In this document: positions 18,793 to 29,264 of the stretch, in pieces
Numbering within the stretch: the first letter of the stretch is position 1
Layout: each line of letters opens with the position of its first letter
Virus record (IMG/VR): IMGVR_UViG_3300048924_000191
Span: 124,001 to 188,000 of that record
Direction: 5' to 3' (one strand)
Length of the DNA stretch: 64,000 nt
Notes under the pieces: model-generated
Databases searched by the model: none
What the model saw: only the letters and a program-made list of their open reading frames with translations
Told to the model about the DNA's origin: nothing
Program-made: the position numbers and the translations under genes

Positions 18793-20043
18793 TTAGATGC
18801 GACCTGGCACGCGGCCTTCCAGGTAGTTCTTCATGATGTCGGCCAGGTCGTTGTTGTTCGAGCTTGCCGAGGACTTCAAGTCGCGCAGGGTGTACTTGGC
18901 GACGTCGTCGATGTCACGGGTGTAGATAGTGACAACTTCGGCATCTTCGTCCAGCACGATCATCATCATCATCATCCCGCGGTCGAACACGTTCTGACGG
19001 ACTTCGAAGTCGCTGATTGGGCCGTCCATCTTCTCTTCAGCTTCGAGCAGAGTCTGACGAGTCACGATGGCGATAGACACAGCGTCGCCGATCGATGGAG
19101 TGCCGGTCATGGCAGTAGCCAACAGCGCCTTGTTGCTGCGAGCCAACGCCTTGCGGAAGTAGCCGGACTTGTCGGCGTACAGCGCTTGACGGTAGCGGCG
19201 TACCTGGTCCTGCTTGGTGACGAGGTCCATGAACGACGGGATGTCGCCCAGACGGAACTTCTGCCAGCGCGGACCGATCTTGTCGCTCTCACCACCCAAG
19301 GCAATGATTTCAGACAAGGCGTGTGGGTCCATGCCCAGAGGACGCATGCGTACCATCACCGGAATGGTACCGGACTGGTTGCCGTCTGTGATGGTCACGT
19401 CGAGCATTTGACCTACAGCGAGGTTCTGCACGTCGGTGATGACGTTGTTGGTCTTGAAGCTCGCACCATCGCCATTCTTGTTACCTTCGGGCTTGGCGCC
19501 TTTGGTTGGGTCGTTGGCTTCGGTGGAGTAATCTGCCCAGCGATTCAGCCCAGCCGCCTCGCCGACGAACGGCAAGCCGAATTGATATGACTCGAGGGAC
19601 AGGTATTCCGGCGCTTTGGCTTCCATACCCAGGAAGTGGGTGGTAGCACTACGCAGGTCGCGATCGGTCGCGAACTTGTCCAGACGTTTGCTGATCTTCG
19701 CACCGGCGATGGTGTTCTCAGCAGCGTTCGCCAGCAGGTAGTAGCTGGAGTAAAGCTTTTGCGCCAACATCATGGCGTCTTTGGTGTACGGTAAGCGCGT
19801 GGCGCGGGCGTCGACCAGGACGTACGGTTCGACACGAACGGAAGCCGAGGCAGAGACCAGACTCTGGCCGTGACCTTGTTTCCATGCAGCGAAGACCGCA
19901 GAAATGGTTTTGTCCAGAGCGTTACCCACCCGCTCGGCAACAACGTTTTCCGCCACTTTGTCGACGATTGCTTCGCCGAGCTTTCTGGCGACAGGTGTGG
20001 CCAACTTCAATCCAGCACCAGCCATGATACCGATGATGCTCAT
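18793..20043 (-). CDS. Inner-body/head protein, phiKZ gp89-like
   Basis: VRVEPYVLVD, NLAVGQMLDV, TIPVMVRM motifs; LSLES and YSTEA sites; GGAG SD at ATG 20043. Confidence 0.65.
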   Translation of the reverse strand: MSIIGIMAGAGLKLATPVARKLGEAIVDKVAENVVAERVGNALDKTISAVFAAWKQGHGQSLVSASASVRVEPYVLVDARATRLPYTKDAMMLAQKLYSSYYLLANAAENTIAGAKISKRLDKFATDRDLRSATTHFLGMEAKAPEYLSLESYQFGLPFVGEAAGLNRWADYSTEANDPTKGAKPEGNKNGDGASFKTNNVITDVQNLAVGQMLDVTITDGNQSGTIPVMVRMRPLGMDPHALSEIIALGGESDKIGPRWQKFRLGDIPSFMDLVTKQDQVRRYRQALYADKSGYFRKALARSNKALLATAMTGTPSIGDAVSIAIVTRQTLLEAEEKMDGPISDFEVRQNVFDRGMMMMMIVLDEDAEVVTIYTRDIDDVAKYTLRDLKSSASSNNNDLADIMKNYLEGRVPGRI

Positions 20044-20103
20044 CTCGTACTCCCGGGTTTCAATTAATTTTCGCAGGCTGATTATTCGATCGAGATCACT
20101 GTA

Positions 20104-21171
20104 ATGTCGGACATTATCTACAAAGAGCTTCTCGAACAGATCCGCACCAGTGGCGGTATGAAAAGCACCGAGGAACTGCTCGATTCCATTTCTCGGTCGA
20201 TGGGCGGTGGTGCCGAATACAGTCGGTACAACGACGTGTTCTACGGCATCAACCGTTTGCCGAACATGGCCCCGATCCCACTGCATAAGGAAACACAGGG
20301 TCTCGTGCTGTTCACGAGGCCAAATCTCAACTTGTCATACGATAATATCGCAACCACCCGTATTCTGACCAACTTCTTGGTTCAGGACCCGTCTTCGTAC
20401 CAGTACGCCGTTCGGATGATGCTCGATCCAACGACCTATCTGGTTCCTGACGCGCGGCTCTCACCGCTGGTTGATCCACATATACCTTACATCACATTAC
20501 TGACGAACAGCATCATGACCATGACTCCGCCACCGGATATTGGTCTGAACATGTACACTTCTCCTGAGGGGCAATTCAAGGAGCAGTGGATGATGAACGA
20601 CAGTATCAGTGAGTACAACGGTAAGTACGACATCACCTGCACCTTCAGCAACTTCAAGGGTAACGCGATCCTTGGGTTGTTCCAGTTGTGGTTGGCGTAC
20701 ATGTCGGCCCTGCGTATCGGTCCCGTCATCCCTCACCCCTACAACCGTAGGGCAGACGAGATGGACTACTGGACTCGTATCGAGCGTTACAAGTTCGATG
20801 AGTCAGGGCGGTATGTCGTGGGGTGGTTCCACACCGGCGGTAGTGTTCCTCAGAACCTGTCGATTGGTGCTTCGTTCGGTTACGACCGGTCGAGTGGGTT
20901 TGACTTCGAGAACAAAGAGATCAGCGTTCAGTTCGCATCGATCGGTGCGGTCTACAACGATCCGATCCAGTTGCTCGAGTTCAACCTGCGTGTGCAGATG
21001 TGGAACAAGGACATGGCTGACGGCAAGCGTGAACGGTATTACACCAAGGTTCCGATGGCCGCAACGAAAGCCTGTAACTTCAACGGGTATCCTCGCATCA
21101 ACCTCGCTACTCAAGAAATGGAGTGGTGGGTGGCGAACGACGAATTCCAATCTCTGATCAAAACGGTTTAA
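20104..21171 (+). CDS. Virion structural (tail/baseplate) protein, phiKZ gp88-like
   Basis: GLVLFTRPNLNLS, MDYWTRIER, GYPRIN..EMEWW motifs; synteny. Confidence 0.65.
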   Translation: MSDIIYKELLEQIRTSGGMKSTEELLDSISRSMGGGAEYSRYNDVFYGINRLPNMAPIPLHKETQGLVLFTRPNLNLSYDNIATTRILTNFLVQDPSSYQYAVRMMLDPTTYLVPDARLSPLVDPHIPYITLLTNSIMTMTPPPDIGLNMYTSPEGQFKEQWMMNDSISEYNGKYDITCTFSNFKGNAILGLFQLWLAYMSALRIGPVIPHPYNRRADEMDYWTRIERYKFDESGRYVVGWFHTGGSVPQNLSIGASFGYDRSSGFDFENKEISVQFASIGAVYNDPIQLLEFNLRVQMWNKDMADGKRERYYTKVPMAATKACNFNGYPRINLATQEMEWWVANDEFQSLIKTV

Positions 21172-21181
21172 GGGGCTCTTG

Positions 21182-24130
21182 ATGACTATCACGGGTGATG
21201 AAATCCTCGCTCAGTTTTCGAGCTTTGGATACGAGCCGACTCGAGTGATGCAGTACATGATCTCGATTCAGGAACGACTGCGTAATGGCGAACAGCTGTA
21301 CGTCGACCCGTCGAGTCCTGCGGTAGAGATCATGGAGATGTACGCTCTGATGACGCATGGTGCGATCCTGCGTAACGAAGCGATCGACTACCACTCCTAC
21401 CCCAACATGTCGCAGACTGTGGGTGACCTGCGGTACCACAAGACAGACCGGGACTACGTGGGCGACTTCACTACACCGGGTGGCGCGTGGTTCGACATCT
21501 ACGTGGCTGAAGATGAGTTGGTCAGCAAAGCGGTGCGAGTGGGTAACTCCAAGACGCGTAAACTGACGTTCCCCAAACATTCGAATATTGTCGTGAACGG
21601 GATGACCTTCACGTTCCAGTATCCGATCAACGTCATCGTCAAGAGCCACAACGGCATCGACATCGTCTACGACATCAGCCGTCCGTCTCCGCTTCAACAG
21701 ATGGGTGGTAACGTCGTAGACTGGGGCGTGGTGACCACTCCGCTTGCGACCGATACCCAAGGTCGTATTCGCATGGTTTGGATGCGGGTCTATCTGCGAC
21801 AGATGGGTCTGTCGACAACCGTGCACAGCGTAAGTGACGCGAAGATCCTGAAGAAGACATTGGCGCTGTCTGATAACTTCTTCTTTGTCCGGGCATTCAA
21901 CCGCAACAACGGGAAGTGGGTGGAGATGAAAACCACCAACTCCCAGCAGGTCTTTGACGCATCCGATCCTACGCTGCTCTACACGCTGGAGAACGATGAA
22001 CTCACGATCGAGTTGCCGTACGTCTACAACAAGTCGACGTTGGTGAACGATAGCATTCGGGTTGACGTCTATACGACGAAAGGTCCGATCAACGAGAACT
22101 TCGAAGGTCTGACGCCGGGTGACTTCACGGCAACGTGGCTTGATCTCGACAAGGACGATAATGGGATCTACTACGCACCGCTGAACACCATGAGCACCAT
22201 CTCGGTCTTCTCGACGGATATCGCTTCGGGTGGTGCGGCTGCGCCTACGTTCGAAGTCATGCGCGATCGTGTGAAGAACAACGCCATTGGTGATCCGGTC
22301 ATTCCAATCAGTAATGCGCAGTTGGGTGTGGAGCTCGCCAACATGGGCTTTGACGTCGACACCAAGATTGACGACATCACCACCCTGACTTACCTTGCGT
22401 CCAAACCAATGCCGACCAACACCGGTGGGCGGGCAAGTACTGGTATCGACTCAGCTGTCATCACGCTCAAGTCGACCCTGACCGATCTGGTTAAGTACAA
22501 GACTGTGGTGGACAACACTGATCGAATCACGCTCACGCCAAAGACGCTGTACCAATACGTCGACGGTGTGCTCAAGATCGTTCCGGATGACCTACGTGAA
22601 GCTATCGATGTACTCGAAGGCGACGCTAAGGTCAACAAACTCAATGGCCAGCACTACATGTGGACACCGTTCCACTACGTGTTTGACTTCGAGGAGGAAA
22701 AGTTCGAGGCACGTCCTTATTACCTGAATGATCCGAAGTTCGGTCTGTCGTCCTACGAGGACAGTAACGACACGTTGGGTCTGACGATTGGCAGCAGCAA
22801 GGTCAAATCGATTGTCAGGGATGAGAACGGCTACCAGATCGATATCATGGCCACGTCCAACGACACCTGGAAGGAGTTGAAGGATGAGCAGGTCCATGTA
22901 CAGTTGGGCTTCGTTCCTATCGGTGAGAGTAAGCTCGCTTTCGTGAGCGGCACTCAGATGGCCGTTGATCCGGGTTCGAAGGAACGCATCTTCCGGTTCC
23001 GTATCAACACTCGTTGGGACATTGACGACGACCATGCGTTGATCACCACCAACTTCTCGATGTTCGAAGCGATCGAGCGTAAATATTCAACACCGTTAAG
23101 CGCACCGTTCACGTTGGTGTGGGCTGTGAGTGATTACGTGGCCGATGGTTCTGAGCCGACCGACATCGATCAGGTCATGGGTACGTGGTTGCTGCCGAAG
23201 GGCTCTGTTGGCGTCTATCAGGAATCGGTGATCGTTAACCTCGGTGCGGAGCTCTCCGGGCTGTGGGCACGGTGCCGGAGCATGATCGGTAACCGTAAGG
23301 TCCTGACGTACGAAGAAGACGTCTACAAGAAGTATTCGAAGAACGAGTACGAGAAGGACCCAGTCACCGGCCAGTACGTCATCATCACCGGCAGTGATGG
23401 CAAGAAGAGCCTCAAACTCCTCCACGCCAAGGGTGACTTGGAACTCGACGAGACCACCGGTGAAGCCATCATCCAACATCCGAAAGGATACGCTGTGTTG
23501 GACGAGAACGGTAACCCGGTGTATGAGTCCGATCGAAACATCTTGCGGTGGGTTGACTTGACGTTGTTTGACGCGGTCTATCGTTACGCTACGTACGCCG
23601 GTGACGTGTCCTACACTGCCAGCGTGCCGAACGTGCTGGTGGAGTGGATCAACGATCAGTTGGGCAGTCTGCGCCCAAACCTGTTGGCAGAAACCATCAT
23701 GCTGTTCCAACCGCTTACGACGTTGCGTTATGTCGACACGCGGGTGGAGGATGGCGAGCTCAAGACACTACACAGTGCTCAACAGCTCACGATCGACCTG
23801 TACGTCACGGACGACGTCTACAAAGATACCGACCTGCGCAAGTCTCTCAAGGCAAGCGCTATCGCACAAACGGTGGCCGGCCTCAACGCCGTCACTGTGG
23901 CAAGGAACGTCATCGAGAAGGCCATTACCGACAACCTCGGTACGGACATCATCGGTGTACACCTGTCGGGTCTGGGTGGTCTCAAGAACGACTACAACGT
24001 CATCGTGCTGCTTGACGAGACGACGCGTCTTGGATTGGCTAAAGCGCTGGAAACTACTGCGGACGGTAAGTACGCTGTGGTCGATGCGATCGAAGTCAAC
24101 TTCAAACGCAACGACGCTTTGGGGACATAA
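21182..24130 (+). CDS. Large baseplate protein, phiKZ gp87-like
   Basis: About 980 aa; DPSSPA, FTFQYPINV, VYTTKGPI, TPFHYV motifs; synteny. Confidence 0.65.
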   Translation: MTITGDEILAQFSSFGYEPTRVMQYMISIQERLRNGEQLYVDPSSPAVEIMEMYALMTHGAILRNEAIDYHSYPNMSQTVGDLRYHKTDRDYVGDFTTPGGAWFDIYVAEDELVSKAVRVGNSKTRKLTFPKHSNIVVNGMTFTFQYPINVIVKSHNGIDIVYDISRPSPLQQMGGNVVDWGVVTTPLATDTQGRIRMVWMRVYLRQMGLSTTVHSVSDAKILKKTLALSDNFFFVRAFNRNNGKWVEMKTTNSQQVFDASDPTLLYTLENDELTIELPYVYNKSTLVNDSIRVDVYTTKGPINENFEGLTPGDFTATWLDLDKDDNGIYYAPLNTMSTISVFSTDIASGGAAAPTFEVMRDRVKNNAIGDPVIPISNAQLGVELANMGFDVDTKIDDITTLTYLASKPMPTNTGGRASTGIDSAVITLKSTLTDLVKYKTVVDNTDRITLTPKTLYQYVDGVLKIVPDDLREAIDVLEGDAKVNKLNGQHYMWTPFHYVFDFEEEKFEARPYYLNDPKFGLSSYEDSNDTLGLTIGSSKVKSIVRDENGYQIDIMATSNDTWKELKDEQVHVQLGFVPIGESKLAFVSGTQMAVDPGSKERIFRFRINTRWDIDDDHALITTNFSMFEAIERKYSTPLSAPFTLVWAVSDYVADGSEPTDIDQVMGTWLLPKGSVGVYQESVIVNLGAELSGLWARCRSMIGNRKVLTYEEDVYKKYSKNEYEKDPVTGQYVIITGSDGKKSLKLLHAKGDLELDETTGEAIIQHPKGYAVLDENGNPVYESDRNILRWVDLTLFDAVYRYATYAGDVSYTASVPNVLVEWINDQLGSLRPNLLAETIMLFQPLTTLRYVDTRVEDGELKTLHSAQQLTIDLYVTDDVYKDTDLRKSLKASAIAQTVAGLNAVTVARNVIEKAITDNLGTDIIGVHLSGLGGLKNDYNVIVLLDETTRLGLAKALETTADGKYAVVDAIEVNFKRNDALGT

Positions 24131-24136
24131 ACCTCA

Positions 24137-24175
24137 CCACACTACAGACCGTAAGGTCTGTAGTGTGGCTTTATG
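24137..24175. terminator. Hairpin between convergent genes
   Basis: CCACACTACAGACC-gtaa-GGTCTGTAGTGTGG-CTTTATG. Confidence 0.8.
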
Positions 24176-26008
24176 TCAGCTCATTTCTTCTTCTTTCATT
24201 TCTGCTTTAGCGGCTTCGAGCCATTCATCCATGGTAGGTGCGTTGCAAACAGTCTGCAGAATCTCAATCGAGTTCACAGGACCTGCGGTGAGGTTGATAG
24301 ACGCCTTACGCTGCGTCTCTGAACCCACCCCATCGATTCGACATGGTTCTGCAACTGTCGTCTCTTTGGAAAGGTTCTGGATGATCTCAGCGGTCGGGTA
24401 AGTCGTTTCAACGTCGGCGTCAGCACAGTACCTGTTGATCATCGACTGGATAGTCGGCATGTCGTAGAACAAGAACACGCCAGAGTCCACAACGTTGTAC
24501 GAAGGGAACGTGACAATCCAACCTTCCTTAGGCAGAACCTTGAAGTCCAGTTCTGTCTTCATCTGGTCAGAGGTCGAACAAATAACCTTACGACGCTTCT
24601 TCAAGACACTGAAGAGCATGTCGTTACTATTGACCTTCGGTTGCGAGTTGAAGTTCGAATAGTCGGTCGGACCTGCCAGCGAGGAGATCTGGGAAGACAA
24701 GTCGTTGTTCTTCTTGTCGAGTACCCACACACCCAAGGAGTCGAAGATGTTGTACACGCCGTACCGTACTTTGTACTTGCGTTGCATCTCCATGTGCCAG
24801 TGGAGCGTTCCGCCAGGGATGCTGGAGTCTTCGGTCGGGTAGGTAATCTTACCCAACTTCAGTTGACGGTCGAGGATCGCGCCTAAGCCGTATCCGCCCG
24901 ATTCCTTACCCTTGGCCTTACGCAACTGCCAATACGTCTGCATCGCGTCCTGGAAGCGCCAGGAGGCCGAGTGCATCGCGACGTTCCAACGTTCCTGTGG
25001 TTCCAGGTCCATTTCACGACCTGACGACATCTTCTTCTTGCGAGGACCTTCCCGAAGATACTGGTACTGGTACTCGAAAGGCACACGGGGGTCGGATGTA
25101 ATCGTGGCCGTATCATGACCAGCATACGTACACGACAGATCTACCACGTTAGCATCGAAGAACACGTTCCATCCGGTCACAATGTCCGGCTGGGTTTTGT
25201 GTAGGTTGTCGATCATCGCTTTGGTGATGTCGAAGTGAGTGTCGAGCACTTCTACGCGCACCGGGATTTTCAGGATGTGGTCAACCCACTCAGGGTACTG
25301 ACCTTTGGTCTTACCCTTCTTCTCCTTCATGGTTTCGCGCAGGTTGGTCACCCACTCTTCACGAACGAGCTTGTACTCGGCAATGACTTCATTGACGTAG
25401 TTCGTCTCGTCGTACATCCACTGCTTGTTGGCGAAGAGGATGATCTCATCGTCATCAACGTGCGACCACAGGATCGGCAATTGCTTACGGTTGTCGATAA
25501 CACCGTTTACGTCAGTCTCGGCGTCGACTACCGCGATGCGGTTAGGCTGGAATGCTTCCGGCCATTTGTTCATGTAGCTGTACTTGAGGAAAACCTCAGG
25601 TCCTTGGTCAAGACCGTAGACGTAAGGACTGCGCGCCAATTGCTTGATAGGGTTGGTTGGGTTACCAGAGCCTAATCGGAAACAGATGTCCCGACGCAAT
25701 TGACATTGTGGAATCTTGAACATGTCCAGTCGATCAACATCTTCGAACTGGATTTTATCCGGGTGGGTTCGGAAGTGCGGCTTGGTGACCCAATACGGCC
25801 GCGGGAAGTTCTCGTACAACTTAAGGGTCGGATAACGACTGCCGTCATCCAGGGTTACCCATTCCTTCACCACGAGCATGTCTTTCAGCTCGTCTCGGTG
25901 AGTCACGTACGTCGCGTGTTTACATTCACGGGAAACGATACGTTCCTTCGGGATCGAACGTAAAAACGCGTCGATATCACGTGGTCCAGCAAAAGTCTGT
26001 ATGGACAT
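24176..26008 (-). CDS. Split family-B DNA polymerase, 3'-5' exonuclease + motif A subunit (phiKZ gp82-like)
   Basis: ExoI DAETD, ExoII GWNVFFD, ExoIII YNIFD, motif A-like DADVETTYP. Confidence 0.85.
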   Translation of the reverse strand: MSIQTFAGPRDIDAFLRSIPKERIVSRECKHATYVTHRDELKDMLVVKEWVTLDDGSRYPTLKLYENFPRPYWVTKPHFRTHPDKIQFEDVDRLDMFKIPQCQLRRDICFRLGSGNPTNPIKQLARSPYVYGLDQGPEVFLKYSYMNKWPEAFQPNRIAVVDAETDVNGVIDNRKQLPILWSHVDDDEIILFANKQWMYDETNYVNEVIAEYKLVREEWVTNLRETMKEKKGKTKGQYPEWVDHILKIPVRVEVLDTHFDITKAMIDNLHKTQPDIVTGWNVFFDANVVDLSCTYAGHDTATITSDPRVPFEYQYQYLREGPRKKKMSSGREMDLEPQERWNVAMHSASWRFQDAMQTYWQLRKAKGKESGGYGLGAILDRQLKLGKITYPTEDSSIPGGTLHWHMEMQRKYKVRYGVYNIFDSLGVWVLDKKNNDLSSQISSLAGPTDYSNFNSQPKVNSNDMLFSVLKKRRKVICSTSDQMKTELDFKVLPKEGWIVTFPSYNVVDSGVFLFYDMPTIQSMINRYCADADVETTYPTAEIIQNLSKETTVAEPCRIDGVGSETQRKASINLTAGPVNSIEILQTVCNAPTMDEWLEAAKAEMKEEEMS

Positions 26009-26105
26009 GAATGCCTCTATAACTCGATCCGTCTAAATCATTCGACAGTCTCTTAGGAAGTTACTGGAGTGCTATGAGTCTGAACTATTCCCCTGGGGAG
26101 TCCGT

Positions 26106-27416
26106 ATGTCTATCCTTTCTGCTTCTTTCGAGGCGGTGGCTTGGCAGCGTAACAGTACGCTGAAGCCTCGAATGACCGAGTTGTTCCAGAAGATCATCAA
26201 CAATCACACCGACGAATCTTTCGTGCGTCGTGTGTTCCTCGAGATCAATGACCTTATCTTCCAGGAGACTGGTCTCAAGTTCGAATCGACGTTGGTCGAT
26301 CGTTCGTGGTTCTTTGGGCCCTACGAGATCAGTGTCGAACTACCGAACCTCAACACCTTCTCACCCGTCAACCCGCAAGCCGTTAAACGGATGCGCAACT
26401 ACGATCTGGATAACCTGTCGATCTACGACACCATCACGGGTCGGGTCGACTATTCGAAAGGTCGGGTGAGTGGGTTCTTCAGCACACTAATTCATCGTAC
26501 GTCGTATTCACGCAAGACGTTCGAGGGCGAGATCCCGGCTAACGAATTGGCAGCTGCTAACCTACATGAAGTCGGGCACGCTTACGTCAACTGCGCCTAC
26601 ATGGGTGAGACGCTGGCTACCAACGTGGTGTTGGCTGAGCTGGTGGGTCAGTACGACATGGAAGCCGATGTCAAGAAGAAGTTCCTCATCGGTAAGGCTG
26701 CAATCCGGATGTCTGGTTCTCCTGCTGATATCCGTGACGATTACACCGCTGCTGACATCACTGCCTTTGTGCTGGAAGGTCAGGTACGCCGGATGCAGAC
26801 CTCGGTAGGCACTCGCTGGTACGACCAGCGCTTGGCTGAGACCATGGCCGATCAGTTTGCCGTACGGTTCGGTGCAGGCGCCGACCTCGTCAAAGCCATG
26901 ACTCGGTTTGAGCGTTCTCGCCACATCTGGGCAGGTACTGGCTACGATCCGAAGTGGTTGGGCGTGCTCTTCAACTTTACCAACATCGTCATGTTGCCGT
27001 TCAGTATCAGCGCTGAGGTAGCGGCACCTGCCGTTATTCAGTTGTTGAAGCAGGCGAGTAAGTCGTTCACCTTCAACTTCTTCCTGACTGGTATCGGTGG
27101 TGAGCTGAAGGGGCGGATGAGCGGCAGTAACCACGCCCCACTGCGTGAGCGGCTGCAAGTCATCCGTCGTGACGTGGTCTCGGAATTGAAGAATCCGAAC
27201 CTCGATGAAGCGACACGGAAACTCATCCTCAATGACCTTGAGGTGATCGACGAAGAGGTTGCAACGGCACATCCTTTCACTGATGTGTACTCGCAGCTCT
27301 CTCGCTGGATCGTCAATGTGGCTACTGGCCGCAAGTCCGAGTTCGGTCACCAACACATGGTGGATGACCTGGCTAACAACAGACTGTATGAATTCTCCGC
27401 GAAATTAAAGGGATGA
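26106..27416 (+). CDS. Virion protein with M48/HtpX-like zinc metallopeptidase motifs (phiKZ gp86-like)
   Basis: ELAAANLHEVGH and ETMADQFAVRFG; N-terminal ASFEA site. Confidence 0.7.
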   Translation: MSILSASFEAVAWQRNSTLKPRMTELFQKIINNHTDESFVRRVFLEINDLIFQETGLKFESTLVDRSWFFGPYEISVELPNLNTFSPVNPQAVKRMRNYDLDNLSIYDTITGRVDYSKGRVSGFFSTLIHRTSYSRKTFEGEIPANELAAANLHEVGHAYVNCAYMGETLATNVVLAELVGQYDMEADVKKKFLIGKAAIRMSGSPADIRDDYTAADITAFVLEGQVRRMQTSVGTRWYDQRLAETMADQFAVRFGAGADLVKAMTRFERSRHIWAGTGYDPKWLGVLFNFTNIVMLPFSISAEVAAPAVIQLLKQASKSFTFNFFLTGIGGELKGRMSGSNHAPLRERLQVIRRDVVSELKNPNLDEATRKLILNDLEVIDEEVATAHPFTDVYSQLSRWIVNVATGRKSEFGHQHMVDDLANNRLYEFSAKLKG

Positions 27417-27420
27417 TCCC

Positions 27421-27849
27421 ATGAATGCACTGAAAATCCACGGCCACTTCAACGCCACCCCGGAAGGCTTCGACATCGGTAAGGTGTCTCAGCGTACCTG
27501 CTGCCAGATCGGCATGGCCATCGGCGCAATCGTACCGCTGCCAGGCGCTGAAGTGTCTCGCACTGACCTGCGCAACTACTACATGGACAACAGCAAGGTC
27601 CTGCGTGAAGTCGCCTTCGACATCAACGAAGTCGTGCCTTTCAACGTTGACCGCGCTGTCGACTACGGCTACCGCGTTTACGCTCGTCGCTACGAGCTCG
27701 CGCACTTCTGCCACCCGCACGATCTGCTGGAGCCGATGAACACCGCTGACCACATCCCGGAGTTCGAAGAATGTGCTCTGGATCGTGAAACGCTGGCCAA
27801 GACCATCACCTGCCTGCGTGAAGGCGTCTCTGAAAAGACTGGCGCCTGA
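27421..27849 (+). CDS. Virion protein, phiKZ gp85-like
   Basis: Synteny; strong codon bias. Confidence 0.5.
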   Translation: MNALKIHGHFNATPEGFDIGKVSQRTCCQIGMAIGAIVPLPGAEVSRTDLRNYYMDNSKVLREVAFDINEVVPFNVDRAVDYGYRVYARRYELAHFCHPHDLLEPMNTADHIPEFEECALDRETLAKTITCLREGVSEKTGA

Positions 27850-27877
27850 TCACCCCACTTAGAAGGACGGAAACACC

Positions 27878-29212
27878 ATGACTGTACACGTAAGCCTGGG
27901 CGACCTGTCGTTCGAATCGAACGAGGTGCTGGCAGTCGATGTTGATCCGAGTGAGTCGTTTGCTGGCGTGCCCTCGGATATTGCCGAGAGTGCTGGTATC
28001 GATCAAGCCGATCGACTGCTCGACGTCTACAGCGCCATCATCAACCGCGGTTGTGTCTGCCGCGCCGACATGGACCAGATCAAAGATCTGACCGAGACGT
28101 TCCCGTCGTTGGCGAAGTTGTTCAAGCGTTACCCGATCAATAGCTTCTCCGTCGAACCCAGTAACATCAACTACGAGGTTTCGACTGAAGGCTTCGCCAG
28201 AACCGCTTACGACGCAGTCGTCAACGCACTGCGCGACGTACTCAGGTTCCTGGTCAACAACCTCTCCCGTCTGTGGAAGTTCCTCACCCAGAACGCTCAA
28301 CGGACTGCTGCCGTGGACGACGTACAAAACAAACTGGCTGACATCCAGCGATTCATCCTGGAAGTCGACAAGATCATGTCCGACACTCCGGTAGCTGCTG
28401 ACTACGCCAAGGCTCGTAAGGCCGTCATGGAAAGCGAGCGCCACAATGTCTCGAAGAGCTGGAACGAGTTCCGTAACTTCGTGGTCACTCGTCCTGCCGA
28501 TTCGTTCGAGCTGATCGACATGTTGTCTGGCGTGTTGAAGGTCAGTGTCCCAGCGTTTGGTGAGGCGGTAGAAACCCTACTGACCGATCTGACCAATTCG
28601 GCTACCGAACAAGACGTCATGGCAGCGGTTGCCAAGATGGAGCTGTTCCAGACTCCCAACGGGAAACTGGCGGCACTGTCGTCGAAGTATGGTTACCGAC
28701 CAGGGCAGATCCGTATCGCAGACAACATGACTCCGTTCCATGCGAATGCGTCGTTCATCAAGTCGATCTTCCGCAGTTGGAGTAACCACCGTATGGACAT
28801 CAGTCCAGAAGCCTTCTCCCAGGCTGTGGTGAGTCAAACAGTCATGAACTGGGGTGAGGTCGTCACAGACGCCGTACGGTCCTCCAGTCAGCGCACAGAG
28901 CGTCTCCTGTCGAAGATCAACAGCTTCAACGAGAACTCGCTCAAGCCTGGCATGGATCAGATCTACTCCACAGTCCTGGTTCCGTTCTTCAAAGCACTGC
29001 TCAGCATCATCCAGGGCTATACGCTCATGGAAGGTTGCTTGGGTGAGTTGGTAGCAAACCGCGACAACGCCGTAATCTCCATTTCCAAAGCGTCGCTCAA
29101 CGTCGCCAAGGATTTGGATAAATTCGTGCGTAAGAATGGTGACCACCTCACCATAGGCGGGAAGACCGTTCTGGCCAGTCGTCGCAGAGCCGTCATCGCA
29201 GCCATGTCGTAA
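27878..29212 (+). CDS. Head protein, phiKZ gp84-like
   Basis: FSVEPSNINYEVSTEG motif followed by amphipathic helix. Confidence 0.6.
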   Translation: MTVHVSLGDLSFESNEVLAVDVDPSESFAGVPSDIAESAGIDQADRLLDVYSAIINRGCVCRADMDQIKDLTETFPSLAKLFKRYPINSFSVEPSNINYEVSTEGFARTAYDAVVNALRDVLRFLVNNLSRLWKFLTQNAQRTAAVDDVQNKLADIQRFILEVDKIMSDTPVAADYAKARKAVMESERHNVSKSWNEFRNFVVTRPADSFELIDMLSGVLKVSVPAFGEAVETLLTDLTNSATEQDVMAAVAKMELFQTPNGKLAALSSKYGYRPGQIRIADNMTPFHANASFIKSIFRSWSNHRMDISPEAFSQAVVSQTVMNWGEVVTDAVRSSSQRTERLLSKINSFNENSLKPGMDQIYSTVLVPFFKALLSIIQGYTLMEGCLGELVANRDNAVISISKASLNVAKDLDKFVRKNGDHLTIGGKTVLASRRRAVIAAMS

Positions 29213-29223
29213 GTGACGAGACA

Positions 29224-29259
29224 GCATAGAGCCGGGGCACTTGCCCCGGCTCTATGCCC
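29224..29259. terminator. Hairpin flanked by CATA/TATG between convergent genes
   Basis: GCATAGAGCCGGGGCA-ct-TGCCCCGGCTCTATGC. Confidence 0.8.
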
Positions 29260-29264
29260 TTACT

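Noticed and set aside
18958-18976. (CAT)n microsatellite
   Set aside because: Simply encodes MMMMM inside the gp89-like gene
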